From: Candidatus Saccharimonadota bacterium
GTDB taxonomy: Bacteria; Pseudomonadota; Gammaproteobacteria; Burkholderiales; Burkholderiaceae
DNA: 32,000 nt
Direction of reading: 5' to 3'
Assembly (NCBI RefSeq): GCF_964019745.1
Contig: NZ_OZ026462.1
Coordinates: 30,001-62,000, forward strand
A program made the translations under genes and the position numbers. The notes beneath the pieces were generated by a model. It had not been told where the DNA came from. It was given only the letters and a program-made list of their open reading frames with translations, and did not search any database. This document shows, piece by piece, positions 9,551 to 18,137 of this stretch (positions are counted from its first letter, which is position 1; every line of letters starts with the position of its first letter).

Positions 9551-10549
9551 TTATTTTTTATTAATAATATTATATATTTTATGTATATTTTTTTTAGCTA
9601 CTTTTCTAGCTTTTAAACAACCTTCCTTTATAATATTTTTAACAAATTTAGGATTATCTAAATATTTTTGTGCATTTTCTAAAATTGGTTGTTGTTTTTT
9701 ATAAATAGAATTTATTATTATTTCTTTACATTCTACACAACCTATATATGAAGAACGGCAAGAATCATTAATATATTTTTTAATTTTAAAATTTGAATAT
9801 ATTAAATGAAATTGCCAAACTGTACATATTTCAGGATTTCCGTTAATATATTTATATTTTCTATTAGGATCTGTTCTCATTTTCATAATTTTTTTAAAAA
9901 TAGATTTTTTTTTTTCACGAATACCTATTGTATTTGAATAACTTTTAGACATTTTTAAACCATTTATCCCAGGTAAGCAAGTAGTTTTACTTAAAATTAT
10001 TTTAGGTTTTTGAAAATAAAAATTATTTTTAAAATTTTTATTTAATTTATATAAAAAATTAAATTTTTTAGAAATTTTTTTAACAATTTCAATATGAGGT
10101 ATTTGATCTTTACCTATAGGTATTTTATTTGCTCTATATAATAAAATATCAGCTGCTTGTAAAATTGGATAACCTAAAAAACCATAAGTTAAATTTTTAT
10201 TAATTTTACTTTTATAAGAAGGTATTCTTTTTAACCAATTTATAGGTGTAATCATTGATAATAATAAATATAATTCAGAATGTTCTGGAATTTTTGATTG
10301 AATAAATATAGTAGATTTTATAGGATCAATTCCTATAGAAAGTAAATCTATAATTATAGATTTAATATTAAATTTTATATTATGATATTTATTATAATGA
10401 GTATTAAAAGCATGTAAATCAGCAATAAAAAAAAAACAAGGAAATTTAGTTTGTAATTTTAACCATGTTTTTAAAATACCAAAATAATGACCTAAATGTA
10501 AAATACCAGTAGGACGTATCCCTGAAACTACAATATTTGTTTTAAACAT
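9551..10549 (-). CDS. trpS: Tryptophan--tRNA ligase
   Basis: Class I signatures (SGIRPTGILHLGHYFG as the HIGH-type motif, and KMSKS) plus overall TrpRS colinearity. Length 332 aa. Confidence 0.94.
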   Translation of the reverse strand: MFKTNIVVSGIRPTGILHLGHYFGILKTWLKLQTKFPCFFFIADLHAFNTHYNKYHNIKFNIKSIIIDLLSIGIDPIKSTIFIQSKIPEHSELYLLLSMITPINWLKRIPSYKSKINKNLTYGFLGYPILQAADILLYRANKIPIGKDQIPHIEIVKKISKKFNFLYKLNKNFKNNFYFQKPKIILSKTTCLPGINGLKMSKSYSNTIGIREKKKSIFKKIMKMRTDPNRKYKYINGNPEICTVWQFHLIYSNFKIKKYINDSCRSSYIGCVECKEIIINSIYKKQQPILENAQKYLDNPKFVKNIIKEGCLKARKVAKKNIHKIYNIINKK

Positions 10550-10554
10550 AATTT

Positions 10555-11214
10555 TTAATTAGAAATTTTAAATAAAGTATTTATTTTTTTAAAAATTTTT
10601 ATTAAAAATAATAAAATATTTAAAATATAATTTTTTTTAAATAAAAAAAATATTAAAATAATAGTTATCATTTTAAATAAAACAGCAAGTTCTTTTTTTA
10701 TAAGAGAATTTTTTTTTAAAAAAAAATTTGTCATTATTAAATTAGCATCTAAAAATGGAAATGGAAAAAAATTAATAACAAATATTCCTAAATTAATAAA
10801 AATTGCATAATATATTATATCAGCAATAAAATAAAATTTTAAAGCTATTAAAATAATATAAAAAATAGTAAAAATTATAGATAAAATAAAATTTGATAAA
10901 GGTCCAGCTAATAATACTAAAAAAAATTTTTTTATAGAATGTTTTAATTTAATTTTATTTATTATTAATTCTTTAGTAATAATAAAAAAAAATTTTATTT
11001 TAAAATAAAATAAAAAAATAAGCATTGAAAAAAAAGTATTTGAAAAATCTATATGTTTAATAGGATTTAACGTTAAACGTCCCATAGATTTTAAAGTATT
11101 ATCTCCATAATAATTACCTACATAAGCATGACAAAATTCATGAATACTAATTGAAAATAAATACAATGTTATTTCAAATATAAAAAATAAATTTTTTGTA
11201 AAGAAATTTTTCAT
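10555..11214 (-). CDS. Site-2 protease family (peptidase M50-like) integral membrane zinc metalloprotease
   Basis: HExxH motif (SIHEFCHAYVG) inside a hydrophobic segment, followed by LTLNPIKHIDF, then several predicted transmembrane helices. It lies next to trpS, as in many proteobacteria. Confidence 0.7.
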   Translation of the reverse strand: MKNFFTKNLFFIFEITLYLFSISIHEFCHAYVGNYYGDNTLKSMGRLTLNPIKHIDFSNTFFSMLIFLFYFKIKFFFIITKELIINKIKLKHSIKKFFLVLLAGPLSNFILSIIFTIFYIILIALKFYFIADIIYYAIFINLGIFVINFFPFPFLDANLIMTNFFLKKNSLIKKELAVLFKMITIILIFFLFKKNYILNILLFLIKIFKKINTLFKISN

Positions 11215-11250
11215 ATTTTTATAAAAAAAAAGGTTATAGTTTATATTTAA

Positions 11251-11300
11251 AATTATTTAAAATTATTTAAAATTATTTAAAATTATTTAAAATTATTTAT
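11251..11300. repeat. Tandem 10-bp repeat AATTATTTAA: four perfect copies, one copy with one mismatch, and degenerate copies at 11241-50 and 11301-10
   Basis: Read directly from the sequence. The unit length equals one helical turn, so the A/T tracts are phased. It sits 37-86 bp upstream of the M50 protease start codon (11214, minus strand). Confidence 0.9.
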
Positions 11301-11850
11301 AATTAATTTTATTTTAAAAAAAAATATATTTTTAATTATAAAAATAAATAATTTTTAATTTTTTTAATAAAAATATAATTTATGAAATATATATAATAAA
11401 AAATATACATAAAATTATAATTTTATTATATAAATTTTTTAATAATTAAAATAATATTATTAAATATATTTTAAAATATAATTAAAATTTAAAATAATTT
11501 TATTATTATTTTTTTAAATTTATTAAAAATAATAATATTAATTAAATTTTATAAAAATTATATATAATATATTTAAAATATTTTTTAAAAAATAATTTTT
11601 TATATATTTTTTATATATCTAAAATAAAAATAATTATATAATTTATATTATATTAAAAAATTCACAATTTAATAAAATTTTTAATATATAAATATTTATA
11701 ATAATAATATTAAATTAAAAATTTTTATTAATTATATTATTATTAATAATTAACATTATTTTTATATTTATTAAAAAATTTATTTAAAAAAAATAAATTT
11801 AAAACAAAAATTATTTATAATATATTTTATATTATATAATATAATAAAAA

Positions 11851-12357
11851 TTATTTTAATAAATTAAAAATTTCATTAAAAATAATATTTTTTTTTTTTT
11901 TTTTTATATTAATAATAATATTAGTAATATTTTTATAAAAAAAATTTCTTTTTAATAAATATTTATTTAAAAAATTTTTTAAATTATTTATTTTTAATAA
12001 AGGTCTATTTTTTAAAAAATTTATACGTAACAAAAAATTATTAATATTAATTTTTAAATAAATTATTATTCCATATTTTTTTAAAATATTTCTTATTACA
12101 AAAGATAAAATACCCCCCCCACCTATAGATAAAATAATATTTTTTTTTATATTTATTATTTTTATAACTTTTATTTCTAATTTTCGAAAAAAAAATTCAC
12201 CATAATTTTTAAAAATTAATAAAATAGATATTTCTAATATTGATTCTATTATATAATCAGAATCAATAAATTTTTTATTAATTTTTTTAGATAAAATTTT
12301 TCCAATTGTAGTTTTACCAACACCCATAGGGCCTATAAAAAAAATATTTTTTTTCAT
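11851..12357 (-). CDS. aroK: Shikimate kinase
   Basis: Walker A motif FFIGPMGVGKTTIGK, then FIDSD and GGGG (SIGGGGIL). Length 168 aa. Confidence 0.85.
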   Translation of the reverse strand: MKKNIFFIGPMGVGKTTIGKILSKKINKKFIDSDYIIESILEISILLIFKNYGEFFFRKLEIKVIKIINIKKNIILSIGGGGILSFVIRNILKKYGIIIYLKININNFLLRINFLKNRPLLKINNLKNFLNKYLLKRNFFYKNITNIIINIKKKKKNIIFNEIFNLLK

Positions 12358-12384
12358 AAAATATTTTAAAAATAAATAAAATAA

Positions 12385-13890
12385 TTATTTTATTAAACCA
12401 TTTTGAACATTTTCTGCAGCTTTTAAAATAACTTTAATTTTATTTTTAGTTTCTTCCCATTCTTTTTCTGGGATAGAATCATTTACAATACCAGCTGCTG
12501 ATTGAATATATAAAAAATTATTTTTAATAATACCTGTTCTAATTAAAATAGCAACATCCATTTCACCATTAAAAGATAAAAATCCACAAGCCCCACCATA
12601 TAAACCTCTATTTCTTGGTTCTAATTTATTAATAATTTCCATAGCTTTTATTTTTGGTGTTCCTGATAAAGTTCCAGCAGGAAAAACTGATTTTAAAATA
12701 TCTATATTAGATAAATTTTTTTTTAAAATTCCTTCTACATTAGAAACAATATGTTGAACATGTGAATATTTTTCTAATACCATTTGTTCTGTTACTTTAA
12801 CAGTACCTGTATTAGAAATACGACTAATATCATTACGAGCTAAATCAATTAACATAATATGTTCAGCTATTTCTTTAAAATTTGTTAATAATTCTAAAGA
12901 TAATAATTTATCTTTTTTAAAATTTTTACTTCTTTTTCTTGTACCAGCTAATGGTCTAATAGTAATTTTTTTATATATATTTTTATTTTTTTTATTAATA
13001 ATTTCATTTTTTACTAAAGTTTCAGGAGAAGAACCTACAATTTGAAAATCACCAAAATTATAAAAATACATATAAGGAGAAGGATTAATATATCTTAAAG
13101 CTCTATATAAATCTATTGGAGGTTCTGAAAATATTTTTTTAATACATTGACTTATTTGAATTTGCATTATATCACCATTTAAAATATATTTTTTAGCTTT
13201 TATAACAGTTTTTATAAAATCATATTTTTTAAATAAATGATATTTTTTTGTTAATAAAGTTTTTTTAAATAATGGAAATTTATTTTTTTTTTTTAATAAA
13301 TTTATAATAAATTTAATTTTTTTATAAGATTTTTCAAAAGATTTATAAACATTAGGATTAGTATAAATAATTATATATATTTTTTTTAAAAAATTATCAA
13401 TAACAATTATTTCTTCTGTAAATAATAATAAAATTTCTGGTAAATTTAAATCATTTTTTTTTTTTAAATTAAATAAAAAATTTTTATTAATATATTGAAT
13501 AGAATCATAACCAAAATAACCAAATAAACCACCACATAAACGTGGAATATTAGGTAATAAAGCAATTTTATAACGAGATTGAAATTTTAAAATAAAATCA
13601 AAAGCATTACCTTCTACTGATTCAACAACTTTTTCATTTATTAAAACATCTGTTATATTATTAATACTTCTTATTTTTAAAGAAGCTGGTAAACCTATAA
13701 AAGAATATCTATTCAAAAAACTTTTTTTATTTATAAATTCTAATAAAAATGTATTTAAAGTAAATTTATTTTTTATTAATTTTAAATATATAATTAAAGG
13801 AGTATCTAAATTTGTTGAAATTTCTACCATTAAAGGTATACGATTATAACCTTGTTTTGCTAATATTTTAAATTCTGATTTTGAAATCAT
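12385..13890 (-). CDS. trpE: Anthranilate synthase component I
   Basis: N-terminus EFKILAKQGYNRIPL...FLLEF...RYSFIGLP, then NPSPYMYF, GSSPE, LAGTRKR, HIMLIDLARND, GTLSGTPKIKAMEII, RGLYGGACGF and AAGIVNDSIPEKEWEET. Length 501 aa. Confidence 0.95.
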   Translation of the reverse strand: MISKSEFKILAKQGYNRIPLMVEISTNLDTPLIIYLKLIKNKFTLNTFLLEFINKKSFLNRYSFIGLPASLKIRSINNITDVLINEKVVESVEGNAFDFILKFQSRYKIALLPNIPRLCGGLFGYFGYDSIQYINKNFLFNLKKKNDLNLPEILLLFTEEIIVIDNFLKKIYIIIYTNPNVYKSFEKSYKKIKFIINLLKKKNKFPLFKKTLLTKKYHLFKKYDFIKTVIKAKKYILNGDIMQIQISQCIKKIFSEPPIDLYRALRYINPSPYMYFYNFGDFQIVGSSPETLVKNEIINKKNKNIYKKITIRPLAGTRKRSKNFKKDKLLSLELLTNFKEIAEHIMLIDLARNDISRISNTGTVKVTEQMVLEKYSHVQHIVSNVEGILKKNLSNIDILKSVFPAGTLSGTPKIKAMEIINKLEPRNRGLYGGACGFLSFNGEMDVAILIRTGIIKNNFLYIQSAAGIVNDSIPEKEWEETKNKIKVILKAAENVQNGLIK

Positions 13891-14207
13891 TTTATAAAAA
13901 ATTTATTTTTTTTAAAATATTTAATATTTTTAATAAAAAATATTTTTATATTTAAAAATATTATATTTTAAAATATTTATTATCAAAAATATTATTTATA
14001 ATATTTTATAAAATTTATATTTTTTTTAAAAAAAAATATTTTTTAAATAATATAAAAATAAATATTTTTAATATATTAATTTAAAATTAACATTTTTATA
14101 TTTATTTTTAATAAATATAAAAATTTTTAAAAATAAATAATAATATATTATTATATATAATTAATAATTTATTATAATTATATTATTATTTTTAATTTTT
14201 TAAAAAA

Positions 14208-15905
14208 TTATAAAGAATATGCATATTCTATTAATAAATTTATTTTTTTAGTATTGTAATAATAATTACATATTAATTTAAAAGCAATTAAAGCATAATT
14301 ATTTATTTTTTTATTATGATTAAACCATATCGCATGATATTTAATATTTTTTTTTTCTAATAAAATTTTTAAATGTTTTTTTTTTAAAATTTTTTGATAA
14401 ATTACTTTAAAATAATCATAAAAAATTGGATATGGAAATTGCTCTCCCCAAACATAATTATTTATTAAATTAAAAAATTTTATTGAATAATATTTAGAAC
14501 TTATTTTACCATCTGTATTAATTATTTTATTATTATTATAATTATTAATTAATAATTTTCCTAATAATTCAAATTCATTTTTAAATAATAAAAAATTATC
14601 TTTATGAATAGTTAAACCTACTGCCATAAAATGACCACCAAAATTTTTTATTAAAAATGGATTTTTTTTAGAAATAAGAACTAAAACATTATATAAATTA
14701 AAACCTGCTACAGATCTTCCAGAACCTTTTAAAAAATTATTAAAACTTTTTGCAAAAATAATTACTGGTTTATAGAATTTATCTCTTAATCTAGAAGAAA
14801 AAATCCCTATTAAACCCTCATTAAATAAATCATTATAAATAGTTATAGTTTTATGTTTTTGTAAATTAATATTTTTTATTAATTTTAATATTAAATTATA
14901 CATTGAATTTTCAATATGTTTACGATAATTATTTAATTCATTTATTCTTTTTACTATTTTTAATATTTTTTTTTTATTATTTAAAATTAAACATTTTATT
15001 CCTAAAGACACATCATGTAATCTACCTAAAGAATTAATTTTAGGAATTATTAAAAAACTTAAATCATTAACATTTGCTAAAAAATAACTTTTTTTTGAAA
15101 TTAAAAATAAAGAATTAATTCCTAAATTTGCTTTACCACTTCTGATTATTTTTAAACCTTTAGAAACTAAAATTCTATTATTAAAATCTAATTTTACTGA
15201 ATCAGCAATAGTCCCTAAAGCAACTAAATCTAAAAAATTAGTTAATTTTGGTTTATTTTCTTTATTAAATATTCCTCTTTTTAATAATTCTTTTTGTAAA
15301 GACCATAAAACATAAAATATAACACCAACACCTGATAAATTTTTACTAGGAAAATTACATAATGGTTGATTAGGATTAACAATTATACATTTTTGTGGTA
15401 ATTTTTCTTTAGGTAAATGATGATCTGTAATTATAACTTTTATATTTTTTTTTATAGCATAAGAAACTCCTTCAATATTTGATATACCATTATCTACAGT
15501 AATAATAAGATCTGGAGATTTAGTTTTTAAAATAAATTTTACTGTTTCTAATGTAAATCCATATCCATTTTTAAAACGATTAGGAATAAAATATTCAATA
15601 TTTAAAGCTCCAAAAATACGTAATACACGATAACAAAGAGCACAAGCAGAAATTCCATCACAATCATAATCTGCAAAAATTAATATTTTTTTTTTTAAAT
15701 TTATAGTATTTGCTAATAATACAGCCGCTTTATTAGAATTTAATAATAAAGATGGTAACAATAAAGAATTAAAATTATAATGTATATCTTTTAAAGATTT
15801 AATACCTCTAATACAAAATATACGTGCTAAAATTGGGTTTACCCCTTGAAAAATTAATTTTTTAACAATATTTTTTTTATAAAAACTTGAAACTATCTGA
15901 GTCAT
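14208..15905 (-). CDS. recJ: Single-stranded-DNA-specific exonuclease RecJ
   Basis: DHH-family motifs (FADYDCDGISA, TVDNGIS, IITDHH) and the DHHA1-type GGHFMAVG. Length 565 aa. Confidence 0.9.
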   Translation of the reverse strand: MTQIVSSFYKKNIVKKLIFQGVNPILARIFCIRGIKSLKDIHYNFNSLLLPSLLLNSNKAAVLLANTINLKKKILIFADYDCDGISACALCYRVLRIFGALNIEYFIPNRFKNGYGFTLETVKFILKTKSPDLIITVDNGISNIEGVSYAIKKNIKVIITDHHLPKEKLPQKCIIVNPNQPLCNFPSKNLSGVGVIFYVLWSLQKELLKRGIFNKENKPKLTNFLDLVALGTIADSVKLDFNNRILVSKGLKIIRSGKANLGINSLFLISKKSYFLANVNDLSFLIIPKINSLGRLHDVSLGIKCLILNNKKKILKIVKRINELNNYRKHIENSMYNLILKLIKNINLQKHKTITIYNDLFNEGLIGIFSSRLRDKFYKPVIIFAKSFNNFLKGSGRSVAGFNLYNVLVLISKKNPFLIKNFGGHFMAVGLTIHKDNFLLFKNEFELLGKLLINNYNNNKIINTDGKISSKYYSIKFFNLINNYVWGEQFPYPIFYDYFKVIYQKILKKKHLKILLEKKNIKYHAIWFNHNKKINNYALIAFKLICNYYYNTKKINLLIEYAYSL

Positions 15906-15929
15906 ATTTATTTATAAATAAAATTTATT

Positions 15930-15951
15930 TATATATATATATATATATATA
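15930..15951. repeat. (TA)11 dinucleotide microsatellite
   Basis: Read directly from the sequence. It lies 25 bp upstream of the recJ start codon. Confidence 0.9.
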
Positions 15952-16328
15952 AATATTTTTAATAAAAATGTTTTTTAAATTATATATTAAAATTTATTTT
16001 TTTTCATATATTTAATATATAAAAATATTATTATATTTTAATAAATATAATTTACATTAAAATATTTTAAACATATTAATAATATATATTATAATTAATA
16101 TTATTTTTATATATTTATTTTAAAATTAATTAAATTTTTAATTTTTTATATAAAAAAAATTTTATTTATAATTTTTTTTTAAAATTATTTATTTTATATA
16201 AAAATATAAAAAATTTAATTTATTATTTAATAATTTATTTATTATATAATTTTAAAAATATAAAAATATTATATATTTTTTAAAATAAAATATAAATATT
16301 TTAAATAAATTTATTTATTTATATAAAT

Positions 16329-16487
16329 ATGAAAAATATTATATATTTAAAAAATAAAAATAAAAAAATAATAAAATGCCCAAATATTAAAAATAAAATA
16401 ATATTACATCCTATAATTTTTATTATTTTAAATAAAAAAAAAGAAACAATTTGTCCATATTGTAATACAATATATAAAATTATATAA
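16329..16487 (+). CDS. Zinc-finger (zf-CHCC-like) miniprotein, 52 aa (not in the supplied ORF track)
   Basis: Hand-translated ORF MKNIIYLKNKNKKIIKCPNIKNKIILHPIIFIILNKKKETICPYCNTIYKII. The C...HP...CPYC spacing matches the small zf-CHCC zinc-finger proteins (V.C.G....GHP.V.L.......CPYC) common in proteobacteria. G+C is about 10% against under 1% in the adjacent spacer. Confidence 0.55.
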   Translation: MKNIIYLKNKNKKIIKCPNIKNKIILHPIIFIILNKKKETICPYCNTIYKII

Positions 16488-16513
16488 ATTAAAAAAAAAT
16501 AAAAATATATTTT

Positions 16514-16843
16514 ATGAAAAATATTTTATATGCAATTATAGAAATAAAAGGAAAACAATATAAAATTAAAGTTAATGATATTATTAAAATAGACATAATA
16601 AAAGCAAATATAGGAGATATTATATACATAAAAAAAATATTAATTATTAAAACAATAAATAAAATAAATATTGGTACTCCAATAATAAAAAATTATATTA
16701 TAATTTCAAAAATAATTAAAAAAAAAAAATATAAAAAAATAAAAATATTTAAAATGAGAAGAAGAAAACATTATCAAAAACATCAAGGTTTTAGAAAAAA
16801 ATATTTTGAATTAAAAATTCAATCAATATCTAAAATAGATTAA
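16514..16843 (+). CDS. rplU: 50S ribosomal protein L21
   Basis: YAIIEIKGKQYKIKVND...KIFKMRRRKHYQKHQGFRKKYFELKI matches L21 (YAVFQSGGKQHRV...KFRRRKHYRKQQGHRQ). It is followed by rpmA. Confidence 0.93.
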   Translation: MKNILYAIIEIKGKQYKIKVNDIIKIDIIKANIGDIIYIKKILIIKTINKINIGTPIIKNYIIISKIIKKKKYKKIKIFKMRRRKHYQKHQGFRKKYFELKIQSISKID

Positions 16844-16858
16844 TTTTAATTTTTAATT

Positions 16859-17113
16859 ATGGCAAAAAAAAAAGGTGGTGGAACTACTAGAAATGGTAGA
16901 GATTCCAAATCTAAAAGATTAGGTGTAAAAGTTTTTAGTGGCGAATATGTAAATGCGGGAAAAATTATAATAAGACAAAAAGGAACAAAATTTCATCCTG
17001 GTAAAAATATTGGTATGGGTAAAGATCATACATTATTTGCTTTAATTTCAGGAAAAGTAAAATTTTCTAGAAAAGGTAAATTTAAAAAAAAAATTATAGA
17101 AATTTTAAATTAA
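16859..17113 (+). CDS. rpmA: 50S ribosomal protein L27
   Basis: [61 protein letters not shown] is a near-canonical L27. Confidence 0.97.
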   Translation: MAKKKGGGTTRNGRDSKSKRLGVKVFSGEYVNAGKIIIRQKGTKFHPGKNIGMGKDHTLFALISGKVKFSRKGKFKKKIIEILN

Positions 17114-17125
17114 AAATTAATATAA

Positions 17126-18130
17126 ATGAAATTTATAGATGAAATAAAAATTAAAATTTTTGCAGGTAATGGGGGAGATGGATTATCAAGTTTTTGTAAA
17201 GAAAAATTTAGACCATTAGGAGGCCCTGATGGGGGGAATGGTGGAAATGGAAGTAATATATGGGGTATAGCAGATAAAAATTTAAATACTCTTATTAATT
17301 ATCAATATAAAAAAATATATAAAGGTAAAAATGGAGAAAATGGAAAAAAATCTAAACAAACTGGAAAAAACGCTAAAAATATTTTTTTAAAATTCCCATT
17401 AGGAACTTTAATCACTGATATAAAATTAAATAAATTATTAATAGATTTAACAAAAAATAAACAAAAAATACTTTTAGCAAAAGGTGGAAAAGGTGGATTA
17501 GGAAATAGTAATTTTAAAACTTCTATTAATAGATCGCCTAGAAAAAAAACATTAGGAAAAATTGGAGAGCAAAAAGAATTATATTTAGAATTAAAAATTC
17601 TAGCAAATATTGGATTAATAGGAATGCCAAATTCAGGAAAATCTACATTGATTTCTAATATTACAAATGCAAAACCAAAAATTTCAAATTATCCATTTAC
17701 AACTTTATATCCTAATTTAGGTACAATAAATTATAAAAAAAAAAAAATAATAATTGCTGATATACCAGGGTTAATAAAAGGTGCTTATAAAGGTTACGGA
17801 TTAGGTATAAAATTTTTACGTCATTTACAAAGAACAAATTTATTACTTCATATAATTGATATAGGCTCATATATTAATGAAGTTAATATTTTAAAAAATA
17901 TTAAAATAATATTAAATGAATTAAAAAAATTTAATAAATTATTATATAATAAACCAATTTGGTTAATTTTAAATAAAATAGATTTAATATCTAAAGAAAA
18001 ATTAAATAAAATTTATAATATAATTATAAATAAATTTAAAACAAGATTTCCTATATATAAAATATCAGCATTAAAAAAAAATAAATGTTATTTTTTAGTT
18101 TCTAAAATTTATAAATATATTTTTAAATAA
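17126..18130 (+). CDS. obg: GTPase Obg/CgtA
   Basis: MKFIDE...AGNGGDG...GGPDGGNGGNG Obg fold. G domain motifs are G1 GMPNSGKST, G3 DIPGLI and G4 NKID. Conserved rplU-rpmA-obg order. Confidence 0.94.
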   Translation: MKFIDEIKIKIFAGNGGDGLSSFCKEKFRPLGGPDGGNGGNGSNIWGIADKNLNTLINYQYKKIYKGKNGENGKKSKQTGKNAKNIFLKFPLGTLITDIKLNKLLIDLTKNKQKILLAKGGKGGLGNSNFKTSINRSPRKKTLGKIGEQKELYLELKILANIGLIGMPNSGKSTLISNITNAKPKISNYPFTTLYPNLGTINYKKKKIIIADIPGLIKGAYKGYGLGIKFLRHLQRTNLLLHIIDIGSYINEVNILKNIKIILNELKKFNKLLYNKPIWLILNKIDLISKEKLNKIYNIIINKFKTRFPIYKISALKKNKCYFLVSKIYKYIFK

Positions 18131-18137
18131 TTTTAAA

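Noticed and set aside
11251-11300. The 10-bp tandem repeat as a CRISPR-like array
   Set aside because: The repeats are directly adjacent with no spacers. The unit is far too short, and no cas genes are present.
11215-11850. The long A/T spacer as the replication origin
   Set aside because: I found no DnaA-box-like 9-mers (TTATCCACA or close variants) here or in the other long spacers. There is no dnaA, dnaN or gidA context either. AT-richness alone is uninformative in this genome.
15930-15951. The (TA)11 tract upstream of recJ as a phase-variation switch
   Set aside because: Dinucleotide TA runs are expected by chance in DNA that is about 99% A+T (another lies at 21409-21423). I have no evidence of length variation or of overlap with a promoter spacer.
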